A stretch of 46,757 bases of DNA from Actinomycetota bacterium (GTDB lineage: Bacteria > Actinomycetota > Acidimicrobiia > Spongiisociales > UBA5794). Shown one piece after another: positions 18,956-28,851 of the stretch; position 1 is the stretch's first letter; each line of letters starts with the position of its first letter. The DNA is taken from the NCBI GenBank assembly GCA_027728645.1, contig JAQCAA010000002.1, positions 1-46,757 of the forward strand. Reading direction: 5' to 3'. A program made the position numbers and the translations under genes. The notes under the pieces are model-generated. The model made no database searches. It worked only from the letters and a program-made list of their open reading frames with translations, and was not told where the DNA came from.

Positions 18956-20866
18956 CTAAACCTTGAGGAAACGGTCGTGCCACTCGATGATCGCATCGAA
19001 GCGCTCGACCCTGTGTTTCGGCTTGCCGGATCGCGAAAGCTCATGACCCTCGCCTGGAGGGAACAGCAGCAGCTCGGTCTCCACGCCCTTTGTGTACAAG
19101 AGCGTGAACAACTGCTGACCCTGTTCGAGAGGACACCGAAAGTCATCCTCGGAGTGCAAGACAAGGGTCGGAGTCGTGATCGCATGGGCCCTTGCAAGGG
19201 GACTCGCTGCCCACACGTCATCGACTCCAGTGGGCATCGTTGCTTGCAGATACAGCTCACCGAACCACGGGATGTCGGTCGTACCAGCGAACGAAACGAA
19301 GTTGTATACGCCTCGCTCCGCAACCGCAGACTTGTACCTCTGGTCCATTGAGGTCAGCACCACTGTCGAGAGTCCTCCGTAGGAGCCGCCCAAGATCCCC
19401 ATGCGACCAAGATCAAGCCTCGGGAACCGCGCCGCTGCTTCATATGGGGCACTCTTGAGATCAAGAAAATCCGGAGGAACATCCTCCGCCCAACGCCCGA
19501 TGGGGGCGGCCACATGGTCGTATCCGTACCCAGATGACCCCCGAGGGTTGACAGCTACGACGCCGTATCCCGCGCCCGCATACACCTGGAACTCGTCGAA
19601 GAATCCCCAGGAATACTGGGCTGCCGGACCACCGTGAATGTTGAACAGCAACGGAAGGGGTCCCTCACCCTCTGGGAGATAGACCCAACCGTGGATCGCT
19701 GATCCATCCGATTCGTACACGAATTCCTGAGGTTCCACGAGACCTGCAATCGAAACGAAACCAACGTTGAGGTCGGTGAGTATGGATTCGGCACTCCCGA
19801 CAATCCGGTGAAGCTCTCCGGGGTCGGTAGGAGTTGTCGCGCTGAACACAACCTCTGCGCTCTCCGGTCTCATCCCGAAGCTCGAAACGACACGCTTCCC
19901 AGAAATGAGCGTCTGGGCATTGCCAGATCGGATTTCGACCAGCTCTTGCGCACCCCGATTCTCTACAAGACAGGCGACGCTTTCGTTGGAAAGAATCATC
20001 GGGTTTGTCCCAGATCCAGCCTGACCGGTACCGACAATGTGTTGGTCAAGACTTGATAGCTGGGAAAGCGAACCGTCCAGCTCGACGCGTGCGAGCTGGG
20101 GAAGTCGAAGCGATGGCTTCTCCCCTGCAACCCCAACAACGAGCAGCGAGCCGTTCGGCGCATACCCGCACCATGTCCATGAGCCAGCTGGAGAGCGCTG
20201 TACTACCTCTGCGGTGGCGATGCTGACGGTGAACACGTGATTGATGTCATCGATCCACCTGCGCGGATCGGTTGCGCTCACATAGGAAATCGATCCACCG
20301 TCTGGGGACCACGCAGGACCGGCCTCGGAGGAGTCTCCTGAGGTCAGCTTGGTCGCATCGCCCGTCGCGACATCGATGAGCCAGATGTGTGATCGACGGT
20401 TGTACATCCATGAGTTGTTGTCGTACCGGAAGGCTGGCGCCGTAATTCTGCGAGGTGCCCGCTCTCGATCCTCTTCAGATTCGAGGCCGTCGACATACTC
20501 GGGAACGACCGCTGCAATCGTCATGCCATCGGGTGACCAAGCAATCTCCTTGACGCCGAGTTCGAACGAAATCAGAGGGGTGGTCTGCCCGGTCGTCCCA
20601 CGAGTTGCAATGTGTGGCTTTGCTTCGTGATCGGAACCTTTGCTCAGGTAGGCCAAGGTTTGACCGTCAGGGGACCATCGCGGCGAGGTATCGCTCACAC
20701 CCGGCGTTACGGGAAATGCGTCGGCCCCGTTCCACATCCATAGAGTGTGGACGTAGACATCCTCGACAGTGTTCATTTGTGCGACGACGAATGCGGCTTT
20801 GTCATTCGTTGGGTGGAGTTGTACGTCTGAGGGGAGGCGGAAGTCGCCTAGCTGGTCTGGTCGCAT
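18956..20866 (-). CDS. S9-family serine peptidase (prolyl oligopeptidase / acylaminoacyl-peptidase type) with N-terminal beta-propeller
   Basis: There are repeated WSPDG propeller motifs, a catalytic GGSYGG nucleophile elbow, and a C-terminal D...H region (HSEDDFRCP, GEGHEL). Confidence 0.85.
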   Translation of the reverse strand: MRPDQLGDFRLPSDVQLHPTNDKAAFVVAQMNTVEDVYVHTLWMWNGADAFPVTPGVSDTSPRWSPDGQTLAYLSKGSDHEAKPHIATRGTTGQTTPLISFELGVKEIAWSPDGMTIAAVVPEYVDGLESEEDRERAPRRITAPAFRYDNNSWMYNRRSHIWLIDVATGDATKLTSGDSSEAGPAWSPDGGSISYVSATDPRRWIDDINHVFTVSIATAEVVQRSPAGSWTWCGYAPNGSLLVVGVAGEKPSLRLPQLARVELDGSLSQLSSLDQHIVGTGQAGSGTNPMILSNESVACLVENRGAQELVEIRSGNAQTLISGKRVVSSFGMRPESAEVVFSATTPTDPGELHRIVGSAESILTDLNVGFVSIAGLVEPQEFVYESDGSAIHGWVYLPEGEGPLPLLFNIHGGPAAQYSWGFFDEFQVYAGAGYGVVAVNPRGSSGYGYDHVAAPIGRWAEDVPPDFLDLKSAPYEAAARFPRLDLGRMGILGGSYGGLSTVVLTSMDQRYKSAVAERGVYNFVSFAGTTDIPWFGELYLQATMPTGVDDVWAASPLARAHAITTPTLVLHSEDDFRCPLEQGQQLFTLLYTKGVETELLLFPPGEGHELSRSGKPKHRVERFDAIIEWHDRFLKV

Positions 20867-20959
20867 GGGTTTTCCTCACTCGTGGGTCGCATGGCACGCT
20901 AGTAGCCCCTGAGCGATGTCTGACGGGGTTATCGGGTCATATCCACCTACCGTGTCCTC

Positions 20960-21409
20960 ATGCATCGCTTCGTTGCCTCAGGGTTCTTTGTCGGTCTCAT
21001 CCCGTCGCGGTTGTGGGGATCGGATAACGGAGCAGGAACGTTCGGGGCTGGACTCGCCGCACTCTTCGCGTTCACCTGGTGGAACCTCCCTTGGTGGTAC
21101 CACGGTGCGGTCTTCATCCTGTTCGCTGGCTTGTCGGTCTGGTCAGCGAGACCCTTCTCCGCCGACCACGCAGACCCAGGTTGGATCGTCATCGACGAGA
21201 TGGCAGGCACCCTCATAGCTGTCATAGGACTGAGTGGGGTCCCATGGCTTGTCGCTGTCTTTGTTGCAAGACTCGCCGATATCTTCAAAGTGTTGCCAGG
21301 CGTCCCACAAGCCGAACGACTGCCAGGGTCAATCGGCATCACAATGGACGACATCGTCGCTGGCCTCTACGGTCTTGCGGCAGGCTGGATTGTGTGGGGG
21401 TTCATGTAG
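20960..21409 (+). CDS. pgpA: Phosphatidylglycerophosphatase A family protein
   Basis: GFFVGLIP...GTFG..., DPGWIVIDEMAG and DIFKVLP...GSIGITMDDIVAGLY match the PgpA family pattern. Confidence 0.75.
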   Translation: MHRFVASGFFVGLIPSRLWGSDNGAGTFGAGLAALFAFTWWNLPWWYHGAVFILFAGLSVWSARPFSADHADPGWIVIDEMAGTLIAVIGLSGVPWLVAVFVARLADIFKVLPGVPQAERLPGSIGITMDDIVAGLYGLAAGWIVWGFM

Positions 21410-21460
21410 CGATTGGTTGCGTTCCGGTGAGTCCTCCACCCCAAGTACGGCAGGCCTCCT

Positions 21461-23074
21461 CTACTTGAGGTCGATGTAGCTCACTGCCAGGATTCCGTCG
21501 AGGCTCATGAGCCCAGCGACGTGATCGGCGTCAAGAGCCTGTTCGAGGGCAATGCCCATCATCGCACCGGAGCCATCTGGGGCCCTACCAACGACCATGT
21601 CCGCGATGTTGTGACCGATGTCACCAAGATACGTTCCAACGCGGCCGATGCAACCAGGAGAATCGTCGTTTCGCACCAACAGCATGTGGGTCGTCAGCGG
21701 CACCTCGACGGAATATCCGTCAACCCCCACCAGAACTGGCCCCTTCCGAGTCATACAAGTGCCGGCGACCGTTCGAATCTGACCATCCACGACACCGGTG
21801 AGACGGACAATGGATTGATAATCATCAACGGTGGTTTGCGATTCCTCAATCACGGTCACTCCCCGCGATGCGGCAATCAACCCGGCGTTGACATAGGAGA
21901 CGTGCTCGTCGGTTGAGCCAGAGAGCGCCCCCTTAAGAGCGGCGAGGGCAAGGGGTCGGACTGGCTCGTGCGCGAGTTGGCCCCTCGACGTAACGGTTAG
22001 CTCGTTCGGTAGACCTTTCGCCTGAACGGCGAAGATTCGACCAAGCTGCTCGGCGAGAGCAATGAACGGCATCAGTTCTGCAGAAACGGAGGCACCAAAG
22101 TCCAGATTTACCGCTGAAAGAACGAGATGCCCCGCAAGGGCGTCCGCGACCGCTTGCGCTACGGCAGTACCGGCTTTGTCCTGTGCCTCGCGAGTGCTCG
22201 CGCCAAGGTGCGGTGTGACAACAATCTGCGGAACCCTGAACAGCGGGCTATCGGTTGACGGCTCGACCTCGAAGACATCAACCCCTGCTCCACCTACCTT
22301 GCCTGATTCAACGGCGTCGGCAAGATCAGCCTCATTGATGATCCCGCCCCTCGCGACGTTGATAATACGCACGCCATCACGCATCGTCGCGATCGACTCG
22401 GTCGTAATCAGATTCTCCGTTTCGGCATTTCTTGGGAGGTGAATCGTAATGACGTCAGCCCGTGCAAAGACCTCGGTAAGCGGCAGCAGTTCGACGCCGA
22501 GTCTCTGGGCCCGGTTGACAGCGACATAGGGGTCGTAGGCGATGATGGTCATGCCGAATGACGAAGCTCGCTGTGCCACGAGCGTGCCAATCTTCCCGAG
22601 TCCGAGAACGCCAAGCGTCTTGCCGTGAAGCTCCATCCCCTGAAACAGCTCGCGGTCCCACCTCCCTGAGCGAAGGCTTTGATCGGCCTCTGGAACCCTT
22701 CTTGCCTGCGCAAGGAGCAACGCCATCGTGTGCTCTGCGGCGGAAATGGTGTTTGCGTTCGGAGCGTTCACCACCAGCACACCCTGCTCCGTCGCCGCAT
22801 CGAGATCGATGTTGTCCACACCGATGCCTGCCCTTCCCACGACCTGGAGGAGTGGCGCAGCTTCAATCATCTCGCGATCGACTGTGGTTTCGGATCGCAC
22901 GATGAGCGCTGCTGCATTGGCAAGCGCCTCGATCACAGCGCTCCTGTCGGCGCCAACGAGATCAACAACCTCGCATTCACGATTGAGAGCGTCAAGGCCG
23001 GCTTCAGCAATCGCCTCTGCGACGACGACGATCGGCCGCGCCACGGCGGTGCCGTCACTGAGGTTCGAGGCCAT
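21461..23074 (-). CDS. serA: D-3-phosphoglycerate dehydrogenase (long form with ACT domain)
   Basis: It has the NAD motif GVLGLGKIGTLVA, the catalytic region NVARGG...TPHLGAST, and a 537-aa length with ASB/ACT-like C-terminal domains. Its ATG lies 1 nt after the gatB stop. Confidence 0.95.
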   Translation of the reverse strand: MASNLSDGTAVARPIVVVAEAIAEAGLDALNRECEVVDLVGADRSAVIEALANAAALIVRSETTVDREMIEAAPLLQVVGRAGIGVDNIDLDAATEQGVLVVNAPNANTISAAEHTMALLLAQARRVPEADQSLRSGRWDRELFQGMELHGKTLGVLGLGKIGTLVAQRASSFGMTIIAYDPYVAVNRAQRLGVELLPLTEVFARADVITIHLPRNAETENLITTESIATMRDGVRIINVARGGIINEADLADAVESGKVGGAGVDVFEVEPSTDSPLFRVPQIVVTPHLGASTREAQDKAGTAVAQAVADALAGHLVLSAVNLDFGASVSAELMPFIALAEQLGRIFAVQAKGLPNELTVTSRGQLAHEPVRPLALAALKGALSGSTDEHVSYVNAGLIAASRGVTVIEESQTTVDDYQSIVRLTGVVDGQIRTVAGTCMTRKGPVLVGVDGYSVEVPLTTHMLLVRNDDSPGCIGRVGTYLGDIGHNIADMVVGRAPDGSGAMMGIALEQALDADHVAGLMSLDGILAVSYIDLK

Positions 23075-23075
23075 A

Positions 23076-24533
23076 TCAGGCGTCTCCCGCTGTCTTGTCC
23101 TTCAGAACCCGCTGAACAATACTTGGATCAGCTTTGCCACCCGTGTGACGCATCACCTGCCCCATCAGGAACGCAATCGGTTTCGAGTCCCCTTGGGCAA
23201 TCTTGGCTACGGCATCTGGATTCTCAGCGAGAACGGTATCCACCGCGGCCTCAATCTCGCCTGCGTCTGACATCTGGAGAAGGTCCCTCGCGTCGGCGAC
23301 ATCTCGTGGTGAGCCATCACCGTCCATCGCAGCGTTCAGCACTTCCTTGGCGGCCGAGGACGATAGCTTGCCCTCTTCCACCATCTCAGCGAGATCGCTC
23401 AAATGCGACCCAGTAAGCGCTGAGTCAGAAACCAACATGTTCTCTCGGCGGGCGTGGGCGACTACCTCACCGGTAAGCCAATTTCCGATGAGCTTCCCGT
23501 TGGTGTCCCCCGAAACGGCTGCTTCGAACAGCGAAGCCAGCTCGAGGTTGTCTGCAAGAAGCTCTGCAGTCTCGGCCTCCACGCCGGCAGCCCTGAACCG
23601 CGCTCGCTTGGCTGCTGGAAGCTCAGGCAAGGATTCTCTGACCAGAGACTGCCACTCGTCTGACACCTCAAGCGGCAAGAGATCTGGATCCTGGAAATAT
23701 CGATAGTCCTCCGACTCCTCTTTGGACCGCATCGAGAGCGTGACCCCCTTGTCCTCGTTCCAGTGCCTTGTCTCTTGGGTTATCGATCCCCCATCTTCGA
23801 GAACCGCTATCTGGCGATCAATCTCGAACTCGATAGCCCTCTGAAGCGAGCGAAGTGAGTTCACATTCTTCGTCTCAGTGCGAGTTCCTAACTCTTCCGT
23901 CCCGACATGACGTACCGATACGTTTGCGTCAAACCGCATCGAGCCCGCTTCAAGTTTTGCGTCAGACACGCCGAGCGCCAGGACGATGCGTTGAAGTTCT
24001 GCCCCATACGCTCTCGCCTGTTCGGCTGAGCGAATATCTGGCTCAGTAACGACCTCGACGAGAGGGACACCAGCTCTGTTGAAGTCGAGCAGCGTATGCT
24101 CGGCGTCCTGGATTCGTCCACCTCCCTCACCCACATGGGTGCTTCTTCCCGTGTCCTCCTCCATGTGGACCCGAGTTATGCCCACGACGGTTGGTTCCCC
24201 TTGTACCTCGACAATGAGGGACCCAAATTCACACACAGGAAACGTGTACTGGCTGATCTGATAGTTCTTTGGAAGATCTGGGTAGAAATAGTTTTTTCGA
24301 TAAAACAGTGAGGATTCATTAATCGTGCAGCCAAGCGCCGTGCCAATCGTGACGATGCCCTCGATTGCCTTCACATTCGGAACAGGGAGCGACCCAGGGA
24401 GGGCGAGGCAAACTGGACAACACGCCGTATTCGGTTCATCCGGAATGTCGGCTGGGCAACCGCAGAACATCTTCGACTTCGTCGACAACTCAACATGGGT
24501 TTCGATCCCGATGACCGCTTCCCATGCCGTCAC
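23076..24533 (-). CDS. gatB: Asp-tRNA(Asn)/Glu-tRNA(Gln) amidotransferase subunit B
   Basis: WEAVIGIETHVELSTKSKMFCGC...RFDANVSVR... plus a C-terminal GatB/YqeY tail. There is a GTGA overlap with gatA. Confidence 0.95.
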   Translation of the reverse strand: MTAWEAVIGIETHVELSTKSKMFCGCPADIPDEPNTACCPVCLALPGSLPVPNVKAIEGIVTIGTALGCTINESSLFYRKNYFYPDLPKNYQISQYTFPVCEFGSLIVEVQGEPTVVGITRVHMEEDTGRSTHVGEGGGRIQDAEHTLLDFNRAGVPLVEVVTEPDIRSAEQARAYGAELQRIVLALGVSDAKLEAGSMRFDANVSVRHVGTEELGTRTETKNVNSLRSLQRAIEFEIDRQIAVLEDGGSITQETRHWNEDKGVTLSMRSKEESEDYRYFQDPDLLPLEVSDEWQSLVRESLPELPAAKRARFRAAGVEAETAELLADNLELASLFEAAVSGDTNGKLIGNWLTGEVVAHARRENMLVSDSALTGSHLSDLAEMVEEGKLSSSAAKEVLNAAMDGDGSPRDVADARDLLQMSDAGEIEAAVDTVLAENPDAVAKIAQGDSKPIAFLMGQVMRHTGGKADPSIVQRVLKDKTAGDA

Positions 24534-26014
24534 GGTGCCACCACCTCTGACGATGCAAGCGGAGCCCGTTTGGTGAATTCAGATATGGACTCAACCGCGG
24601 CTGCAACCCGGTACATGAGTTCCTCGCCGAGCGAAGGTGCCATCACTTGGAACCCGATCGGAAGGCCCTTGTCATCAAGACCGATGGGTACCGAGATTGC
24701 CGGCTCACCTGACAGGTTTGATGGGATTGTGCACACATCCGAGTAGTACATCGCGATCGGATCTGCAGAGCGCTCGCCAACGGGAAACGCAGTCGTTGGA
24801 CTCGTAGGTGAGATGAGAACGTCGACCTTCTCGTATGCGCTTGCAAAGTCTCTCCGCACGAGCGTCCTCACACGCTGGGCTTGACCGTAGAACGCGTCGT
24901 AGTACCCAGCCGAGAGGGCGTACGTGCCAAGGAGGATCCTCCTGATCACCTCGGGGCCGAACCCCTCGGCACGAGTGTGTGACATCATGTCTTCGGTCGT
25001 GCCTTCAACATTGCTGCGATGTCCGTATCGCACACCGTCGAATCGTGCGAGGTTTGATGAGCATTCGGCTGGGGCAATCAGGTAGTAGGCAGAAAGAGCG
25101 AACTCCGTGCTTGGAAGCCCAACCTCTACAACCTCGGCCCCTGCTTCAGACAGCTTGTCAGCCATTCCTGAGACTGCACCCCGGACCTGAGTGTCGATGC
25201 CCTCCCCCATGAGGTCTGAAACGATTCCAATGCGAAGCCCACCGACACCCCCATCGAGCGAGCCGGAGAAGTTGGGAACAGCGCCGTCAATGCTCGTCGA
25301 GTCAAAACGGTCCCACCCGGCAATAGCGTCGAGCAAGGTCGCGGAGTCTTCGACCGATCTGGCAAAAGGTCCGATCTGATCGAGAGACGAGGCGAAAGCA
25401 ATAAGGCCATAACGAGAGACGAGCCCATATGTCGGCTTCATGCCGACGACACCGCACAAAGCAGCAGGCTGACGGATTGACCCTCCGGTATCCGAACCGA
25501 AGGCACCAAAAGCGGACCCCACAGCGACGGCCGCAGCTGAACCTCCAGAAGAACCTCCTGGGACAAAGTCCGGATTCCACGGGTTCCGGGTTTCGCCGAA
25601 CGCAGAATTTTCTGTCGAAGAGCCCATGGCAAATTCGTCAAGGTTCGTCTTGCCGGTAACAACTGCTCCGGCGTCCTTGAGCCGGCGAACAACTGTTGCG
25701 TCATAGGGAGGTTTCCAGCCGGCAAGCATCTGTGACGCTGCTGTTGTCTCGACTCCGATCGTGCACATGTTGTCCTTGAGCGCAATCGGAATTCCTTGGA
25801 GAGGTCCTACATCCTTGCCGTCAGCAAACGCAGCGTCTGCTGCTTCGGCGGCACTCCGAGCTCCCTTTTTGTCCAATGTCAGATACGCGTGGAGTTGCGC
25901 TTCAGTGATCGAGGCACGCCTTGTAACTGCATCGAGAAGGTCGACGGATGAGAATTCGCCAGACCGCAAGCCTCGTCCCGCCGCGACGATCGTCAGATCT
26001 GCAAGGTCCGTCAT
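24530..26014 (-). CDS. gatA: Asp-tRNA(Asn)/Glu-tRNA(Gln) amidotransferase subunit A
   Basis: It carries the amidase signature GGSSGGSAAAVA ... GSDTGGSIRQPAA and is 494 aa long. Confidence 0.95.
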   Translation of the reverse strand: MTDLADLTIVAAGRGLRSGEFSSVDLLDAVTRRASITEAQLHAYLTLDKKGARSAAEAADAAFADGKDVGPLQGIPIALKDNMCTIGVETTAASQMLAGWKPPYDATVVRRLKDAGAVVTGKTNLDEFAMGSSTENSAFGETRNPWNPDFVPGGSSGGSAAAVAVGSAFGAFGSDTGGSIRQPAALCGVVGMKPTYGLVSRYGLIAFASSLDQIGPFARSVEDSATLLDAIAGWDRFDSTSIDGAVPNFSGSLDGGVGGLRIGIVSDLMGEGIDTQVRGAVSGMADKLSEAGAEVVEVGLPSTEFALSAYYLIAPAECSSNLARFDGVRYGHRSNVEGTTEDMMSHTRAEGFGPEVIRRILLGTYALSAGYYDAFYGQAQRVRTLVRRDFASAYEKVDVLISPTSPTTAFPVGERSADPIAMYYSDVCTIPSNLSGEPAISVPIGLDDKGLPIGFQVMAPSLGEELMYRVAAAVESISEFTKRAPLASSEVVAP

Positions 26015-26016
26015 CG

Positions 26017-26301
26017 CTATCCCAATATCCGCGGCACGCGGAACTGGCCATCGTGGCTGTCTGGCGCCTCACCGAGGAACGAGTCTCTCTCGAGGCATAC
26101 GACATTTTCATCCGGTCGGAAACCATTGACCAGCGGTAGCGGATGGGAGGTTGGCTCCACTCCCCCGGTGGGAAGTGCCTGAACCCGTTCGGCATGAACA
26201 AGGATGTCCTGGAGTTGGGTCCCGTATTCTGCAAGCTCCTCGTCGGTGAGTGCGATCCGGGCGAGATTGGCAACTTTGGCGATGTCGATTTCAACTGGCA
26301 T
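26017..26301 (-). CDS. gatC: Asp-tRNA(Asn)/Glu-tRNA(Gln) amidotransferase subunit C
   Basis: MPVEIDIAKVANLARIALTDEELAEYGTQLQDIL... is typical of GatC. The internal ATG at 26301 gives 94 aa. The track's 31-aa extension is not GatC-like. Confidence 0.85.
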   Translation of the reverse strand: MPVEIDIAKVANLARIALTDEELAEYGTQLQDILVHAERVQALPTGGVEPTSHPLPLVNGFRPDENVVCLERDSFLGEAPDSHDGQFRVPRILG

Positions 26302-26370
26302 GTCAACGATGGTACCGACGCCAATGAACCATGTGGCGGTGCGGCGCTCACACACCGGTACCGTGCTCGG

Positions 26371-27000
26371 ATGCTTCCATGGCCACCACGACATGAACTC
26401 CGCAGGCGCCTCCCAAGGCTGATGATCGGTCTGATTCTTTTTGCTGTCGGCGTATCACTGCAGGTGATAGCTGGGCTCGGGCTCTCCCCCTGGTTCGTGC
26501 TTCATCAGGGGGTGGCGCACCAGGCCGGCATACCACTCGGCACGTCGGTCGTCATCATTGGTGTCGTAGTGCTGCTTCTTTGGATTCCTCTCAAACAGCG
26601 ATTCGGCCTAGGAACCATCCTGAATGTCTTGATGATCGGCTTCGTCATCGACATCTGTCTGTGGCTTGGACCCGAATCCGTTGACAGCCTCGCCATCCGG
26701 GTTGCCCTCCTCGTTGCAGGAATTGTCATTCTTGCAGTCGACTCAGGGCTCTACATCGGTGCAGGGCTGGGACCTGGACCCAGGGACGGCCTCATGACCG
26801 GTCTGGCGAAACTCGGCCTGAACGTCGGTGTTGCCAGATTCGGGATCGAAATTTCTGTGCTCGTGGTCGGGTGGTTCCTCGGTGGAACCGTCGGTGTCGG
26901 AACAGCGCTGTTTGCTTTCGGAGTCGGGCCGCTTATTGCGATATTCCTGCCCATGTTCACCGTCGATCCTGTCAAGGAACGGGTCAGAGAGACCGAGTGA
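26371..27000 (+). CDS. YczE/YitT-like integral membrane protein
   Basis: I place the start at the ATG at 26371; the upstream part of the track ORF is antisense to gatC. The duplicated motif GLGLSPW ... GLGPGPRDGLM and about 6 TM helices resemble the YczE family. Confidence 0.6.
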   Translation: MLPWPPRHELRRRLPRLMIGLILFAVGVSLQVIAGLGLSPWFVLHQGVAHQAGIPLGTSVVIIGVVVLLLWIPLKQRFGLGTILNVLMIGFVIDICLWLGPESVDSLAIRVALLVAGIVILAVDSGLYIGAGLGPGPRDGLMTGLAKLGLNVGVARFGIEISVLVVGWFLGGTVGVGTALFAFGVGPLIAIFLPMFTVDPVKERVRETE

Positions 27001-28033
27001 TGAACCGCCGCATGACGTCAAATGCAACAGCGAGATTGGCGATCGGCATGGATTCGTCGACTTGGTGGGCCTGAGCAACTTCCCCAGGGCCGTAGTTCAC
27101 CGCTATTGCGCCGCGTGAGGTCAGACGGGCGACATCGGTCCAACCCTGCTTTGCAACCCGGTCTCTACCAATAATCGCATCGAGCCTGAGAACCTCTTCG
27201 CTCTCGAGCTCGATTCGGCCGGCAGGAGCCCTGTCGGTGATGGTGATCTCATCCGCTGCCGCGGCAACTTCTCTCAGCCTCGCCTCCGCCTCTTCGAGTG
27301 AAAAAATGGGAGGGAACCGATGGTTGAGGGTGATCGTGAAGCTCGGAGGAATGATGTTGGTCGCTATGCCTCCGTGGGCCTTGGTGACGGAAAACACCTC
27401 ACGGTATAGCAGTCCTCCAATATCGAAGACTTCGGGCTCGCGATCGTGGACCGCCGCAAGCCACGATCCGGCTTTGGTCACAGCGTTCTCCCCGAGCCAT
27501 GGCCGCGCTGCGTGAGCGGAGGAACCGGAGAACACGATCTCTGCGTTCAACACACCGTTGCACCCGAGTTCAAGGTTGAGGTCTGTCGGTTCCATCACGA
27601 TCGAGAGGGATGCGCCAAGAAGCCATGGGCAAGCTTCGAGCACTGCCTCCAGACCGTTCTCGGCCGCTGGACCCTCCTCCTTGTCGTAGAACACGCACAC
27701 GACATCGACATCTGATCCAGCAACGGCATCGTCGTTGAGGAGTTCGATCATGACTGCAACCCCGGACTTCATGTCGCTCACGCCGAGACCTTGGATACGA
27801 TCGCCAACAATCTTGGAACTCGGCTCCCCTTGCACGGGCACCGTATCGGTGTGCCCGTAGAGCGCGTAGAACGGCCGACCAGCCCGCGGTGTCCCGACAA
27901 CAACGGAATCGCCAATCCTGACAACATCTGCTGTTCCAGAGAATCGCTCCTCAAGCCAAGAGCACAGGGCAGCCTCGTCCCCCGTAACCGAGGGAATGTC
28001 GACAATCTCGATCAACGTATCGAGAAGAGTCAC
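26984..28033 (-). CDS. dapE: Succinyl-diaminopimelate desuccinylase (M20 peptidase)
   Basis: IPSVTGDEAAL...LYGHTDTVP...GVSDMKSG... are M20 motifs. I place the start at the GTG at 28033, which forms a GTGA overlap with the dapD stop. The track's longer start would overlap dapD by 91 nt. Confidence 0.8.
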   Translation of the reverse strand: MTLLDTLIEIVDIPSVTGDEAALCSWLEERFSGTADVVRIGDSVVVGTPRAGRPFYALYGHTDTVPVQGEPSSKIVGDRIQGLGVSDMKSGVAVMIELLNDDAVAGSDVDVVCVFYDKEEGPAAENGLEAVLEACPWLLGASLSIVMEPTDLNLELGCNGVLNAEIVFSGSSAHAARPWLGENAVTKAGSWLAAVHDREPEVFDIGGLLYREVFSVTKAHGGIATNIIPPSFTITLNHRFPPIFSLEEAEARLREVAAAADEITITDRAPAGRIELESEEVLRLDAIIGRDRVAKQGWTDVARLTSRGAIAVNYGPGEVAQAHQVDESMPIANLAVAFDVMRRFITRSL

Positions 28034-28836
28034 ACCTGGACCTCGAAGGTTCTCAACGCATCGTTCAAGGACGTCTTCTCGTCGGTAGAAGCAGATCGGG
28101 TCCCGATGATCAGGGCGCACTGCAGGTCATAGGTGCCTGCAGGGAACCGTTTCGGCCTCGTCCCTGGGATCACAACAGAGTTTGGCGGAACAACGCCTCG
28201 CATCTCAATGGGCTCTGGTCCGGTGACATCGATGATTGGCGTCGAGGCCGTGATCGTGGTGTTTGCCCCAAGTACTGCGCCATGGCCAATCACTGCCCCC
28301 TCGACGATGATGCTCCTCGAACCGATGAAGGCGCCGTCTTCAACGATGACGGGGCGAGCGCCTGGCGGTTCAAGCACGCCTCCGATTCCGACACCACCGG
28401 ACAGATGAACGCCTCTTCCGATGTGTGCGCAGGAGCCAACGGTTGCCCATGTGTCAACCATCGTTCCCTCGCCAACCCACGCACCGATGTTCACAAAACC
28501 GGGCATTACAACGACACCAGGTTCGCAGAACGCTCCGTATCTCACAGAGCCAGGAGGCACAACGCGTATGCCGGCTTCAGCGAGTCCAGTCTTGATCGGA
28601 ATCTTGTCGTTGTATTCAAGCGAACCGGCTTCAAATGTGGTGATCGGAAGGATTCGAAAATACAGCGATATCGCCCGCTGAAGCCACTGATTCACGACCC
28701 ATTCGCCGTCGATGTTCTCTGCGACCTTCAGCCGCCCCATGTCGAGATCGGCGATGGTGGCGTGTACAGCTTCGGATGCCTCGGATAGAGGAATCTCCCC
28801 AGCATATGCGGCATCGATGTGTGATTCGTGTCCCAT
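28030..28836 (-). CDS. dapD: 2,3,4,5-tetrahydropyridine-2,6-dicarboxylate N-succinyltransferase
   Basis: It has a left-handed beta-helix hexapeptide region (GAWVGEGTMVDTWATVGSCAHIGRGVHLSGGVGIGGVLEP...) and a DapD-like N-terminus. The RBS is GGAGGaacgaATG. Confidence 0.9.
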   Translation of the reverse strand: MGHESHIDAAYAGEIPLSEASEAVHATIADLDMGRLKVAENIDGEWVVNQWLQRAISLYFRILPITTFEAGSLEYNDKIPIKTGLAEAGIRVVPPGSVRYGAFCEPGVVVMPGFVNIGAWVGEGTMVDTWATVGSCAHIGRGVHLSGGVGIGGVLEPPGARPVIVEDGAFIGSRSIIVEGAVIGHGAVLGANTTITASTPIIDVTGPEPIEMRGVVPPNSVVIPGTRPKRFPAGTYDLQCALIIGTRSASTDEKTSLNDALRTFEVQV

Positions 28837-28851
28837 TCGTTCCTCCGAAGC

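Noticed and set aside
26311-26363. GGTACCG is repeated at 26311-17 and 26357-63, and CGGTACCG is palindromic, in the gatC/YczE divergent region.
   Set aside because: A 7-mer built on a self-complementary hexamer occurring twice could easily arise by chance. The first copy lies within the rejected gatC extension, and there is no supporting context.
26302-26394. N-terminal extensions in the track for several ORFs: gatC to 26394, mnmA to 34813, antiporter to 15068, dapE to 28120, rpiB from 41211, mutT1-like from 43811, YczE-like from 26143, YceI protein from 30424, Nfu_N-like to 5021 and ABM-like to 45271.
   Set aside because: In each case an internal start gives the canonical family N-terminus. 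That start has a better RBS or a classic 4-nt stop-start overlap, and it removes an implausible overlap with the neighbouring gene or tRNA. The extensions are Arg-rich.
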